63,795 nt of DNA, filler included, from Hausera hauseri (GCA_046269625.1; 12 parts of 12 records of this genome joined end to end with filler, not necessarily neighbours in it), one strand, 5' to 3'. Counted from the whole stretch's first letter, positions 12,900 through 26,392 are shown. A program made the numbers and translations. The notes: generated from the sequence alone by a model not told the origin.

Positions 12900-15800
12900 T
12901 GAGAGCGACCACCCCCGCTGCGCCGCATCTCTCACCCCTGTTTCTTTTTCTCAATAACAAATCTCTGCACTCTCAGTGCCACAAACCAACAGACTTTACT
13001 TCGTTTTCACAGACATTTGGCCCTCATGCTTTACACCTCGGATTTTTATTTATCATATCACAGCTTAATACTTCATATCCATGATCAACTTTCTGCATTT
13101 TCCTCCAAAATCATCCACCTCATTCTTCATCTTCGTATCCGTGGTGGATCAGACCTTAAACCTTCTGCCGAAAATTTAACCAAAACTAGATCTGGTCGTC
13201 GTTCTGTCGACCCCACACCAACTATATCTCCAAATCTCCCCTGCATGGATTTTTTTAGACAAGACGAATTCTAGTCGTACCTAGTTGCAGTTTTATTTGC
13301 AATGGCTTAAAGCCAATCATATAACAGACTCCTTCTTGCGGGATAACAGCTTGCTGCTATTACTTCCAACTAACATCAAGCAGCAAATCAACAATCTCGC
13401 TGACATACTTACTTCTTCAAGTCCATACGATATGCTGTACGAATCAGTTCTGCATATCACTGACCCTTCCATTTACAGCACAATTCAGAAATACTTTAAT
13501 GAATACGCCATCGGAAATCGAAAACCATCGTATTTCCATAAAACAGCAATCTCGCAACTGAGCTCCTTGGGCTTCACTCCTATAAACATTGCCGATCTTC
13601 TTCGTCGATATTTTCTTTCGTCTTTGCCAACCTCCATCAGAGCGCTGCTCACTGTAGTAGATGACTCTACTGCCCTTGAAAAGCTCGCCTTATTGGCAGA
13701 CAAAAGTTTTGATATTTTGCAGTCTAATAGTCAACAACCAGTAGCTGCAGCAACCGCTCACACACCTTTACACACCGACAACACTTAATTATCACAACAA
13801 TTACAATCGATGCAGCGACAGTTTGACGAGTTACGGCAGTCAATTCTAGCCATTACTACCCAACTAAATAATCTTCATAGGCCTCGACGAAGCGAAACCA
13901 GACATATAAAGGAGAGAAACACTTCCAGACACTGCTCGATCTATTTCACCCGGCGGACGAATAACTTGTTTTTATCACACGCGATTTCGAAGGGATGCTA
14001 GGAAGTACTTTTTGGGTTGTCGGTTCTACAGCGAACGGTACGCTGTGGACAACCCCACTTGTGTCTATCACAACAAGTTTCAGTCACGGGCTAGATCATG
14101 TGTGCGTGGTTGTAAACATAAAAAGAATTTTAGTTTCTCGCCATCTTCACCTCCTCGCACTAACCATTCCTCTTCTTTCTCCCAACGAGTCTCAAAAAAC
14201 CAATAATGCTACCAGATGCCACGGCACATTTTGGTACAGGCAATATCGTTCAATCTTCTGGCCGTTTCAACACCGCTTCTGCAGTCTTTCTGTAGAAAGC
14301 TGAAATGTTATTTGGAGACACATCACACATGAACTTCCTTATTGATTCAGGAGCTGCCTTTTCACTTCTTCCTTTGTCTTTCGCTCCTATATTTAACACA
14401 GTTTTCTCTCCTCCACTCTTCACTGCCTGTGGTCAACCTTTGAACATTGTAGGTACCACAAAACTGATTTTCACATTCGCCAACCTACCAGGGAAATTCT
14501 CTTGGAAATTTCACATAACCAACATTAGATAGCCCATAATAGGCTCCGATTTCCTGGCTGCATACGATTTGTTAGCCGACTGCAAGCATAAATGCCTCCT
14601 GAACAGAAACTTCGTTGCAAATTCTAACAAATGCTCACCAAACGACCAGTCGGACACTTTGTCTTTCTCTGTTCATTCAAATGTCAATTTGATATGCTGT
14701 TCATCGGCTGATAACAACACACTTAATAATTCATTAATATTTTCAATTTCATCATGTGAGAACAAATCAAACTTGAAACAATCAATTGAACCGAATATCA
14801 TTAACAAAGTGCTTCGTGATTCTACATAAATTACAGCCACTGACTCTTGTTCCCGTATTCTTAAGAAGGACGTCAATTTCAAGCCGCACTCCACAATTTA
14901 TCACCACAGTCATCGAACACCAAAGACCTATGAGACAAAAGGTCAGACCAATGTCACCTCACAGGCGAAAAGCCGTTGAATCAGAGTTCAATGAACTCGA
15001 AAAGGCTGGCATAATTCGAAGATCCAAGTCACCATGGGCTTCACCATTGCATGTAGTGACAAAGAAAGATGGCACTTAAAGACCATGTGGTGACTATCGG
15101 CAGTTAAATAATCTAACAGTCTTGGATGCTTACCTTTTACCTGTCATAAATGACATCCTGCACAGTCTTACCAACACCAATACGTACTTCACAATAGACT
15201 TGCATAAAGAATATCATCAAATTCCTGTTGCACCTGATGATATTCCAAAAACGGCTATTATTACTCCATTTGGCCTCTACAAATATATCTTTATGCCATT
15301 TGGCCTTTACTTCGCTCATCCATACATTGGTGACATATTAGTTGCCTCTACGTCTGTCAAACGAAATCAAGAACAACTTCGTATTATCTTTCACAGATTA
15401 CATAACAGCAATTTGCAAGTCAACTTCTCCAAGTGTCATTTCTTTCAAAAACGTGTAAATTTCCTAGGTCACATTATCACTCCTCACTGCCACTCTCCAC
15501 AACCGGATCGACTACAACAATTAAAGAACTTAACTCTACCAACGACTACCACGGACATGAGGAGCTTCTTAGGCACACTCCACTTCATCGACAAATATGT
15601 ACCTCATTGTTCTGAGCTCACAGCACCTTTTGCACATTTGTCAACCGGAAAAAGTGGCAATTGATTTACTGGACTCCTGATCTAGTCACTGAGTTTGATC
15701 ACTTACACTATGGCCTAAAATCCGTCGAAATACTGGCCTATCCAAAGCCCAAAGAAAATCTTATATTTACCACCGATGCATTGACTACAGAAGCCGGTGC

Positions 15801-17441
15801 GATATTACACCAAATATACAATGGAGTCGATAAACCACTAGAATTCTATTCCCGAAAGCTCACGCAACCCGAAAGCCGTTATTCAACATTTGACCGTGAG
15901 TTACTCGCCATGGTTCTGGAAGTAAAACATTTCAAACAACTGCTTCTCTCTCGTCCATTTATCATTCAAACTGATCACAAGTTTCTCCTGCACATAATGT
16001 CGTTAAAACAGCCATCACAGAGACAAGAGAGACATATATCATACCTATCTACGTTTAGCTTTGTATTGGAATATATTTCAGGCACAGAAAATTTTGTACC
16101 AGACATTTTATCGAGGTCGATTGGCTCCATCACTGTTGAGCCAATTTTCTCACCCAAAGTCTTAAAGACCCATCAACCGTCTGCTGACTTCCTTAGTTCT
16201 TTTAAATCCTTCGAAATCATTGATTGCATCGCTTTTGATACGTCGAATTCCGTTAATAAAAAGATAATTCTAACTCCATCTTTAAAAAAGCCAGCTTTCC
16301 TTCATACGCACTCACTTCATCATCCGGGTCCGAAAGCAACCTTTTGCCTGCTTCAACGTCATGTAGTATGGCCATCAATGCATAAAGATATACAGGGATG
16401 GGTTAAAGAATGCGTAGCCTGTCAAAAATACAAAATCAACAAACACCTCAAACCGCTGCTGTACTATTTTCCCTGTACATCACGTTTCCATACGGTTCAT
16501 CTTGATCTAGTTGGTCCTTCATCTTCAGACAACGGATATAAACATATACTTACCATGATGGATCGTGCTTCTCGCTGGCCTGAAGCCGTTCCTCTTCTTT
16601 CAACGAACACTGATTCAGTTGCCGACGTCTTTATTAAAATCTGGATCAGTCGCTTTGGTCCACCACGTCACATAATAACGGATAAAGGTCCACAATTTGA
16701 GTCGGAACTTTTCAAATCACTTGTCAAGCGTTTTGGAATATCTCATTTCCATACAACTCCTTATCATGCTCAAGCAAATGGCCTCCTGGAAAGGTTGCAT
16801 AGAACAATGAAAGTTTCCTTAAAAATCTTGGCTGACACTCATCACAATTGGACGTCCATTCTACCATTTGTTCTACTAGGTTGGCGCAACACACCATCAA
16901 CCACTACCGGCACTCTTCGGGACCCCTATTCGGGCCTTGTTTGAATTTTCTGATCTCGACGACAACCCCACAGACGAAAACATTCGTGCAGCACAATCTC
17001 ACTTGGTTCAGGTCAGCTCAGACTCATTCTGTCGCCCCTTTAACAACAATAAATCCTACATTCCGAAGGATTTATACTCCGCCAAGTTTGTATGGTTAAA
17101 AGATCAATCTCCTTCTGGTTTCAGACCTCAATATGTGGTTCATACAAACTGCCGAATCTTTCATCTCATACAGCAACCATCTTACGCCAAGATAAACCTT
17201 ACAAGATCCATATTTCGAACTTGAAGCCCACTTTCTTCATTGACGACATTCCAGATACCAATTCCACCGCCAACTCAAACTCAGCTAGCACTCCTACCGA
17301 TTTTCTAAATGACTTTACATCACCTCCAATTGCATCGCCTTTTTTGCTTGACTCTTCTTCACTATCATCTTTATCACGAAATATTATTCAACAGCCCTTC
17401 TCAAATCCATCGAATAAGGTATGCAGTGACATTCAATACGT
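12900..17441 (+). mobile_element. Gypsy LTR retrotransposon, CsRn1-like clade, copy A (degenerate; 3' end cut by the contig end)
   Basis: Gag at about 13285-14200 with CHCC knuckles, then protease LIDSGA, RT SPWASPLHVV..RPCGDYRQLN, RNase H TTDA/YSTFDRELLA, and integrase HPG..C..C, HLDLVGP, TDKGPQFES, NGLLERLHR. Domain order is PR-RT-RH-IN. Confidence 0.95.
12938..13148 (+). other. Ubiquitin-like domain upstream of gag, copy A (ends LILHLRIRGG)
   Basis: LFLFLNNKSL...(shift)...TSDFYLSYHSLILHIHDQLSAFSSKIIHLILHLRIRGG, about 70 codons, homologous to 34426-34632. Confidence 0.65.
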
Positions 17442-18659
17442 NNNNNNNNNNNNNNNNNNNNNNNNNNNNNNNNNNNNNNNNNNNNTTAATTAATTAANNN
17501 NNNNNNNNNNNNNNNNNNNNNNNNNNNNNNNNNNNNNNNNNCGCAAAGACAATCAATTATTCGGTCATTTTATGCGTATCGAAGACGAAGGTCTGCATAG
17601 ATCCTATGTACATACAAAGTTGCCAAATATTTTATGTTTATTTTGCATAGATAAATTATCGTCAAAGTAAATTTATTTTAAATTGTAATTTATGAATTAT
17701 GAGAATATTTTGTTTTTGATAATACATACTGCCCAAAAGGCCGCTTTCTTCTCACATTAGCTACAAAAATAATAATGAATAGTCTTTCTGTTGAAAATGA
17801 TACAGGTTATATGCATACACGTATGTAAAATGTAAGAGAAAAAGTAAAATTGATGTAATTCTCAAATGATTTTGTTACAAAAATATGAAAATATTTACAA
17901 AACATGACATTCGTAACATTTGTATTGCCAGATATATAAAAATTTAAGAAATACAACAATATCAATGAAATTGATTTATTTTCAAATTATTTCTTCCGAA
18001 ATTACATTTTTAATATTCAAGAATTTCAGAATAAATAAACATTCTTCTACATTTATGTTGAACTACGAAAATTAATTATGCTTATTTTGAAGGTAATAAA
18101 AATAAGAAAAACATTTTCTTATTCAATAAATATTCAAGACTTTCATCTATTCTTACACTTATATAGTTAATTATTGTTTTAGTAATGAAAATAATTCAGA
18201 ATTGAATAATGGAAATAATTTCATAATGTTAAGCTGATAAGTATTTCAAAATTTATTAAACTATTACAAGTGGAAGTTATTGAGATTTCTTGTACTTTCC
18301 ATACATACACTAGGGATCAGTAAAAATGTAAAAATTATAAATTTTAGAAAAGTCCACAGAACTACAGTTTACACACATGTTAAGCATCACTTATGTCAAA
18401 TTTTGGCAAAAAATTCAACTTCTGTCCCTTCCATTTTTTACTTCCAAATTTTTAACTTTATTTTCCATGAAACTGCATTGCTGAAATTGAAGTCTCAATT
18501 AATTTCTAACCTTCCCCTCGTGCAGTAAGTGCCTATAAAACTGTTTAAAAGAATGCAACTGTTTCATTTTAGACTTCTAAATTATAGGATTTTAACACAA
18601 ACATTTTAAACAAGCAATAAAAATTGTTTAAAACGTACACAGAAATAGCTAATTCATAG

Positions 18660-19860
18660 ATAAATTAAAGTCACGTTTTTTCATGAATATTGACATCACT
18701 TTCTTAGAGAAAAGTCGCTGTCTGATGTAACCATCTCTTTCCTGGACTCCACTCACTTCCACACAAGCCTCTGATAATACTTTGATTCTTCATTTTACTG
18801 CTTATGTATGATTCGGCCACTTAGGAACAACCAGAGAAATATCCAAAAACGACGAGAAATTCATGATGAGATAGCTTTGCAATGAAGGGAGGTTCAGGTT
18901 TCAGTTCTTCTGTTCAATTAATCATAGAATGGTAGTTACTTGCATGCCAATGAATTTTAAGAACATATACTTTTCTAATGCCTCTATCAAGTTTACATCT
19001 GGATTTTCTTCGCCTTTTGATAGTCTGTTTCTTCTTCATCATCTGTATACTTCAGTAATTGAGCATCAACGTCTTTATGTAACTCGTCAGTAACTTTATC
19101 TTTGATATCAGACATATTACTTCCTCCTCCTCTTCTCAACTTACTAATTAATCTTACGGCTCTCTTTCTCACTTTTTCATCTTGATCTGCACACATAGCA
19201 AGATGCAACTGGTCAGAATGTGCAAAAATTGCATTTGTCTTAGCAATCAATTGCTTTTCAAGACAAAGGTTTTTTATCAACTTGACTGCTGTGAATATGT
19301 TGACTGGACCACAAATGGTATAAGAATGACGCTTTATTTGAAACCACATTGGAGCACTGAATTTTTTAATAATATTAACAAGTCTTGATATTTCATGAGA
19401 CGGATCATTATCTGACAGATGTACAGACGTAGAATCCTGTTCCAAAGAATCAGCCGCCTCGAGATACAGGAGGGCCAGACTCAATAGCAGCCAAATCATT
19501 ATCAACAACATTGGTGGTATAGCATGGCAAATACGGTAAGGATATTTTTGGTCCCAGCAACGTCATCATCAATTACTGGAAAATCTTCAAAATTAACTGA
19601 CTGAAATTAGACCACTTGCATTTGAGATAAATTTTTGTTAACTTTCTTACCAGTGAGACTTCTCTAGTGCTCTGGCCCCAATGGTTTACCATCGAAGTGA
19701 TAGAAGAGATTACTCTAAATGGTAATTCATTGCCGTGCAACGGCTTCCTCAACATTATTTCAAGATTGTGAATGGCCCCATTTGCAAAACCAACATTCAC
19801 AAATTTTATCGTGTAATTCGTTGACATATGTTCTACCACTAAAAGAATCAAAACCGATCA
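18660..19860 (-). mobile_element. hAT-superfamily (hATx-like) transposase relic
   Basis: NVGFANGAIHNLEIMLRKPL..HGNELPFR; RLVNIIKKFSAPMWFQIK...GPVNIF...NAIFAHSDQLHLAMCAD..VRKRAV; IKVLSEAC..V.G...RDGYIRQR..SKKVM..F..K.DF. The subfamily label is from memory. Confidence 0.65.
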
Positions 19861-20109
19861 CATGGAGATATAAATCAAACCGAAAACTTTGAGTTTATTT
19901 CATTGTCCTCAAAATTATTTCTGATGGGCTCAAAGTTTCAACAGTAGTTGAAACACCATCTTAGGCTTTTTGGAGATTTTTGCGATTCCATTTGCGTAAG
20001 ATTAAGACTACATTTTTTTGACAAATTTGATTTTCCTACTAAACTATATTTCAATTGAAAACGACAACTGCTTTTATTTGTTACCTATTTTATTATATTG
20101 ATTCTACAG

Positions 20110-20920
20110 ATAAAATTCCGTGGTTTAAAACGTAATTATCCATCTTGTTTACATGTATTTTATAATATACCATATTCAGAGATGTCTCACAATCAATTCG
20201 CATTTTGGTTACTCTATTGAAGAGATTATGAGAGCTCAGTATCTTCGGTTTCAAGATCGTGAATTGCCCTGGATTTTGGTAACGTTGTGCGAAGAAGTAT
20301 TTCGACGAAATGGTGACCAAACGGAAGGCATTTTCAGGATACCAGCGGATAGTTCTGCTGTTCAAGCAATGTGTACTGTATTAGACCAATATGAAAATCT
20401 TTCTGAACACATATTGACGAGTGAGGAACATAGTCCTCATACTCCTGCATGTTGTTTGAAAAGATGGTTGGAATCTCTTGTTGAACCGTTAGTACCCCCA
20501 TCGTTGTGCACTACTACTCAAGCCGGTCGTACCCGCAGTCCAATGGAAGTGTACCAGTGCCTGTCGCGTACCCATCAGATCGCATTAATGTACATTATTC
20601 GGTTTCTACAAATTCTGTCGCTCGACGACAATGTCCGCCTCAATCGGATGGGTCCATGGAATTTGGCTGTTGCATTGGCACCATACGTGTTCCAGTTAGA
20701 CTCGGGCAGCAATGAATACGGTGGTTCACGATCGTCAAAGCGAGCCGGTGGTAGCAGCGGACTGGACACTTGTCGATCCGATAATAGTGCAAACGAAAGT
20801 TCCGGCAGCAGTTCGCGTGGTGGAACTGGTTCTGCGGATGACTCTTTCAGACCCCATGTGAATTTCCTTTACCAGTTGATTGTTGGTCTCGACACCAGCC
20901 CACTCGATGGCGTTATTTAA
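20110..20920 (+). CDS. ARHGAP39: ARHGAP39 (Vilse)-like RhoGAP, C-terminal portion; putative 25-nt intron at 20155-20179
   Basis: SHFGYSIEEIMRAQ..RELPWILVTLCEEV..NGDQTEGIFRIPAD (Arg finger), PHTPACCLKRW, RMGPWNLAVALAP and terminal LIVGLDTSPLDGVI*, compared with ARHGAP39 LIQHLDTSFMEGVL*. The 5' part is missing and abuts the hAT relic. Confidence 0.88.
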
Positions 20921-22129
20921 TGACAATTACCTCGTCGTTCTTATCAGAATTGTTTTGACAAGGCGATACTGTTGATCCGGTTTTCCTTCTTTTACAACTA
21001 TTTTGACACGGATTATTATTTATTGATTTTATCTGATTTTCTCCCCGCAAAAGAGATATAACGTAGATGTGATTTACTATTTCTTAATACACTCCTCTTT
21101 ATTTAACGCGTTTCCATCAAACTGGACGACGGGTTTCTGTGTACATTATTTGTAAATTCTGTACATATATGATTATTCGGTGATGCGTGGTCTCTATTAT
21201 AATTGCAATATTTCCCAGTTTCTCGTTTGAACGGTGATTCTATACTGTTTTTTTACTGTGGTTGTCATTGTTGTTGATACTGCCGCCACTCCGAATATAT
21301 TTGATGCATTCTGTTTTCTCTCTATAGCCAGCAACAGCGGATTTGAGCATGTTTTAGTTAGAGATGATACTATTTGTTTAAATCCGAGAATTTCAATACT
21401 GAAGGTCATCTTTTAGACGTTCGAATAATAATAATAATTGTATTGTTCATTTATCGGCTTTTATTTCGTTAATAGTCATTCGTTATATTTACTTTTTTTT
21501 GAAATATACAGATTATCGAAAATTTCGTTTTCTTTTTGTGTTGAAATATATCTTCAAAAACTGCTCGGTGTAATGAATAGAGACAGCGTATGTGATCGTT
21601 AATATTTTGTGGCTTTTCGATTTGTTTTATTGAAGGTTTATATGAATTTTAATTGATTTTTATTTCGTATCAGATTTTTCAAATGCATCAAAACGGAATT
21701 ATAAACATTCAACTGACCCAGCTGTTGTTCGACATTTTAGATTTAAATTTCCACGTTGAAAACGTAGATTTTGTTATCTGATGAAAATATGATTTATTGT
21801 TAATTTTGTAATCTTCCCAAAATCTTATTTGAAATATTTATTTTTTGTGGATCAATTATCTAAACAGTTTGCATATGAAACATGAATATTGAAAGGGAAC
21901 CTATTATTTAAAAACCGACGTACTATCATGAAACGTTTGTTTATTTAGGTCATATATTTAAAATTCATTAATATAATATTTAAACAACGAAAATGTATAG
22001 AAATTCATTTGGGCCAATGGGTTTTTTCTCTCTATTGCAGTCAGAATTTATTGATCACTGTTGTATTCTAGTAGATTACTAACAATATCCATATGAATGG
22101 TTTCGAATTGAGCATCTGTTGCGAAATGA

Positions 22130-23600
22130 AGAATGGCCGAATTTATATTTTATGTACTTTGGATTGTTGGCACAATGTACATTCCTTTAACCAAGGTCTA
22201 TTGTCCCTCAACATTTGTGGCCAGCAAACTCTTGAACTAAGTAGACATGCTGTAGCTTTTGAATCCGACCGAGTGATATGAATATTATGTATCTCCGTAA
22301 AGTCTTGTTTCCGTGGGACGTCAATCTGAACTGATTTCGCACATCCATTGAGTCGATTATTGTAAAATATGCTATCTTTGGTTTCGATGGTTATGAAAAA
22401 CAAAATGTCATTTTCGTGAGGATTCGTACGAAGAAGATCCTCAGTAAAGATTTTTATTATCGGTGCGTAACGTAAAGACATTTCCTTCAAGAAAATGTTT
22501 AAAATAATTTACATTGAGAATTATGGGTAATAATTGTCTGTCAAAAGTTGAGTAACGTTATTTGGATTTGTTGAATTTATACCAGAAAAGCGCAATAGGA
22601 AATGTCTTGTCATCAAATGACCTGACAACATTTCACCCGTTGCCATTGTTGAGGCATCTATAGTAAATGTGAATGCTGCACCCGTAATATAATGTGGGAA
22701 CACCTGTTCGGCATGTTAGGTCAATTTTATTTGTGCTCTTATTGGTCCGTAGTTGCGAGTCAACAATTGTGAAGGCATTTGAGAACAACGTGGGATATTG
22801 CGATACAGAAATTAATCATGTTGAAATAAATACGTATTTCCGTAACTGAGGTTGGTTTAGGAATTTGTTGCATAACATTCAGTTGCTATGTGGTGTTAAT
22901 TGTATTCCAAGCATTTGATTTGAAAAAAATGCATTTGTTGATACTCATTTGCATATTATTGCATTTAGATGATGGAATACCAAATTAAGATGTATTTTGT
23001 GGGTCTCTAAATCTCATGATGCTACTAATATATCATCTATGCATGGGATAGCATACCATGTCGACAAGGGCCTGGTCGATATGTCATTGAAACGTTTGGC
23101 ATGCGTTTCGTAAAGTGTATGGCATGCGTAGATATTTAAATAATAATAAGGAAGTTATTACTGCCATTTTTGGTATGTCGTTTGTTCCAATGGAGATCTA
23201 GTTATAGGCTTTCTCTAGATTTATTGTGCTAAAAATTGTAGCACCATGTAGGGATGTAGGTTATCCGTCACGAAAGGTGTAGGATATGAGTCTTGTTCGG
23301 TGACACTATTTATCACTCTGCAGTCACAACATGGTCGAAATGATCTATCCTTCTTGGTTACCATATGAAGTTGCGTATTGTGCCTGCTTTTTCGATTTTT
23401 CTAAATTCAGCCTCGGCAGCTTTTTGTTTTATTGAGTCGAGTTCCCTTCGTCTTTGATTGGTCAATATATCTGATTGGGCAATTGCAAGTCGTACTATTA
23501 GAGTGTTGAGTTTAAATATTAGCAGTCATTGGTTGTGTTGAGCGTTTCAACACGATATGATATTGTAAAACAAGGACCTTGTCATCTAAATGAACGGACC
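22130..23600 (-). mobile_element. Highly degraded CsRn1-like Gypsy pol (RT-RH-IN start)
   Basis: Fragments KAAEAEF.K.EKAG, RSFRPCCDCRV.NSVTEQDSYP, FTIDASTMATG and SKATACLLSSRVCWPQMLRD...WLKECTLCQQSKVHK. Confidence 0.8.
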
Positions 23601-23995
23601 ATTTGCAGTTTTTAAAGATCCTAGTAAATCCAGCGTAGATTTTGCGTCAGAATTGGGTAGTAGCCATATTGCTACACATGTAATTTTAATGCTACTAGGG
23701 TCTTCGGTTAAAGAGAAAATGGAATTTATGACGTTGGCTATTTGACTGCCTTGTATATTCGGCGTTATGTGTATGGTGATTTCCCGCTGACTGACCGAAT
23801 ACCATCTGAGACTATTCAGCGTTCGAAGACTTCCCAAATTTATAACCTTGCTTATGTTTTGGTTTTCGTTAAAATTTTATTTATGGAAGTTGCGTTTGTG
23901 CAACTTTTCTCGCTGTAAGTTCGTGTGGTGGTTCAGCTACTACGAGGGCTAGCCTGCACCTATTTTCTATTTACACAACAAAATCAAGTACAAGT

Positions 23996-24176
23996 AGGGG
24001 GAATGGAGGACATGGCGTCAAGGCCCCCCCCCGCGGAAAGAAGGAAAAATTTTGACCAATCCGGGAGCAGGAAGGGGAAGAAAAAAAGGAGATTGACCAA
24101 TCAGAGTGGAGGAAGTGTGTGTGTGGGTAAGGAAAAGTGTGTGTGTGGGTAAGGAAATTGACCAATGAGAAGAGAT
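23996..24176 (+). promoter_or_regulatory. LTR-like, promoter-like segment: purine tract AGGGGGAA then TG, three TTGACCAAT boxes and a duplicated GTGTGTGTGTGGGTAAGGAAA
   Basis: The motifs are seen directly; function is inferred. Confidence 0.4.
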
Positions 24177-24276
24177 NNNNNNNNNNNNNNNNNNNNNNNN
24201 NNNNNNNNNNNNNNNNNNNNTTAATTAATTAANNNNNNNNNNNNNNNNNNNNNNNNNNNNNNNNNNNNNNNNNNNN

Positions 24277-24500
24277 ATTCCATAACTCGAGAACTTGATT
24301 CATACATGGATTGATGACGTGAAGGTACTTTTGACAAAATTTAAATGCACAAATGAACGAACGATGTTTAGTTCCTGTCGGTATTCCGGTACATCAGACG
24401 TCGGATCGTCTTTTTCTCGCGGTTTTTTAAGAACAAATTCAACAATTGCCTTCTTAACACTTAGTAAGTAGTCTTCTTTAATTTCGTTTTCATGATCAAC
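24277..24500 (-). pseudogene. DNAH7: Axonemal dynein heavy chain 7-like N-terminal fragment
   Basis: EIKEDYLLSVKKAIVEFVLKKPREKDD...PEYRQELNI...YLHVINPCMNQVLELWN compared with DNAH7 EMREDYLLSVRKSIVDFVLKDPREK...HRAEMEI...HLNAMNPTMLAVLDLWH. Confidence 0.8.
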
Positions 24501-24637
24501 ATATATTGGCTGTTTCATACAATCGGTGCTTGGCCATAATGTTGTACTTGCTCCATGACTACCAACAGTCGACTTTTTGAATAAAACTGTTTGTTGTGGA
24601 TGATAATTGCCCGGATCGGATTTTTCTGTTAAATGTT

Positions 24638-26312
24638 TCAATTTTTTGTTTTACTTACACTTTCATAGTGATAGTTGTAGAAGTCTCTCAGATCAAAAAT
24701 CTCAGATGAATTTCGATTTTGTTTTGCGGAAACAAGAGCTTCAACTGAAGACGACTGTATTGAAGAGGGTTCATGTAGATTACTGATTGAATTTGGGACA
24801 ATTGAAGTTCTTTCATAGTTTTCCATTACATTACTTTTACAGTGATCAGTATACAGTATTGTTTCAGTTGTCGAAGCAACAGGTTGGTTTCGATCGGGCT
24901 TTCTTTCGTATTTTATCTGCGCTGGAACGGATTGATGCTCCTTTTCAAAATATATTGTCTGAACGTTCTCTTTTTTAACGGGATTAGACAATGGTCGTGC
25001 TAATTTTCCTGTGTTTAATTCCTCATGTTCCGGTGTTGAATATGATTTGATATTTGTCTCAGTCGTGGTAGATAACAGTGGCATTTTTCTATATTCGGTC
25101 CATGGTTCTTCTTTGACTTGTGGTAAATTATAATTATTCGTTGTTGATACATACGAGTCTTTCATATCGGGAGTTCTTTCGAATGCTACGGGTGTTAGAT
25201 GAGCTTCATGGTGTGTTCCATAATATTCTCTTTGTATATTACCCAGTTCATTAGGATTGTTTAATGAATATTTAGATCGTTTAAAATTCAATTCTTTGGA
25301 TTCAATAACATCATGCCTCTCTTCCCAATGTTTTGGAGTCGAATATGATTTTATGTCTTTTCTTTTACTGTAGACAGTAAAGGGAACTTTCTATATCCAG
25401 ACAATGTATCATCAGGTGATTTCGCACCACTATTTTCGAAATTAGACATTAATGAAGGATCTTTCATATGGGGTTGATTGTCGTCATAAACTGTGTGAAC
25501 TGACTGTATATCCCACTGGGTATTTAAATCCCGTTCGTCCAGTGGATATGTTAATATGTCAGTGTTCTTGTCTTTGAGGCTGTGAACTGACTGAATGTCC
25601 CATTTTTCGACTTCACCATCTGCTGTGTGAACTGAGTTTATTTCCCACTGACTATCTGTACCAAAGGAACTGGCTATTTTTGAGATAATTTCTGTAAAGC
25701 TGTTATTTCCCATAAGTCATAATCGGGCATGTGTTGATTGCCTTGGAACTGTTTCGAAGCTTCTTTGTTACCTTTTACCGAATGAACTGAATGAATTTCC
25801 CATTGATCGCCCGGTTTACTAGTCACTTTCCGTTGATTAGATTTCTCTTCTATTGTACCAATTTCCTGAGAATTTTCATTTAGGAAAGATTGATCAGTTT
25901 GCCATTTTCTACTTAAGTCTTTCTCGCCATTGATTGAGTGAACAGAATTAATTTCCCATTGATATTCTTTCTCATTGGCCATATTTTGGTTCATAATTTT
26001 GTCTTGTGTTTCACTACCATTATTTAGAACTTTTGAGAACATCTCATTATTCCCTTTTACTGAATGGAGCGAATTTATTTTCCATTGATTTCGATCTATT
26101 TGACCTTTTTGTATTTCATTATAAGATACTATTTCCCACTCTTCTTTTGGATCTTTACGACTGTATTTACCGTTTTCAACAAATACGTTAGTCTCGTTTT
26201 GTCTGATTGGATAACGGGTTAAATTTTTGCCACTGTCTTTTGACTGATGTTTTATTTCTGTTTTCACCGTTTTCCTTTTGATCTCGGTTTCAGATTCAAA
26301 AAGTTCGGTCAC
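24638..26312 (-). pseudogene. Frameshifted low-complexity protein with about 8 W-[EDK]-I-x-S-[VL]-H-[ST] repeats
   Basis: Three consecutive minus-strand ORFs carrying repeats QWKINSLHS, QWEINSVHS, QWEIHSVHS, QWEINSVHT, KWDIQSVHS and QWDIQSVHT. Confidence 0.6.
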
Positions 26313-26392
26313 TAAATATAAATATTGAATATTAATTCAAAAAAATTTAAAAGGTTTAAATTCTAATATATCTGTAAAGAAGAGAAATTACA

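Noticed and set aside
24328-24362. Possible 35-nt intron in the DNAH7 fragment
   Set aside because: The segment also reads VRSFVHLNFVK, resembling DNAH7 RKSF…, so a frameshifted exon is equally likely.
25500-26140. Repeat-spacer-like periodicity (TGAAC..A..AT.TCCCA) suggestive of CRISPR
   Set aside because: The repeats are degenerate at codon third positions with irregular spacing, so they are protein-level repeats. There are no cas genes and the context is eukaryotic.
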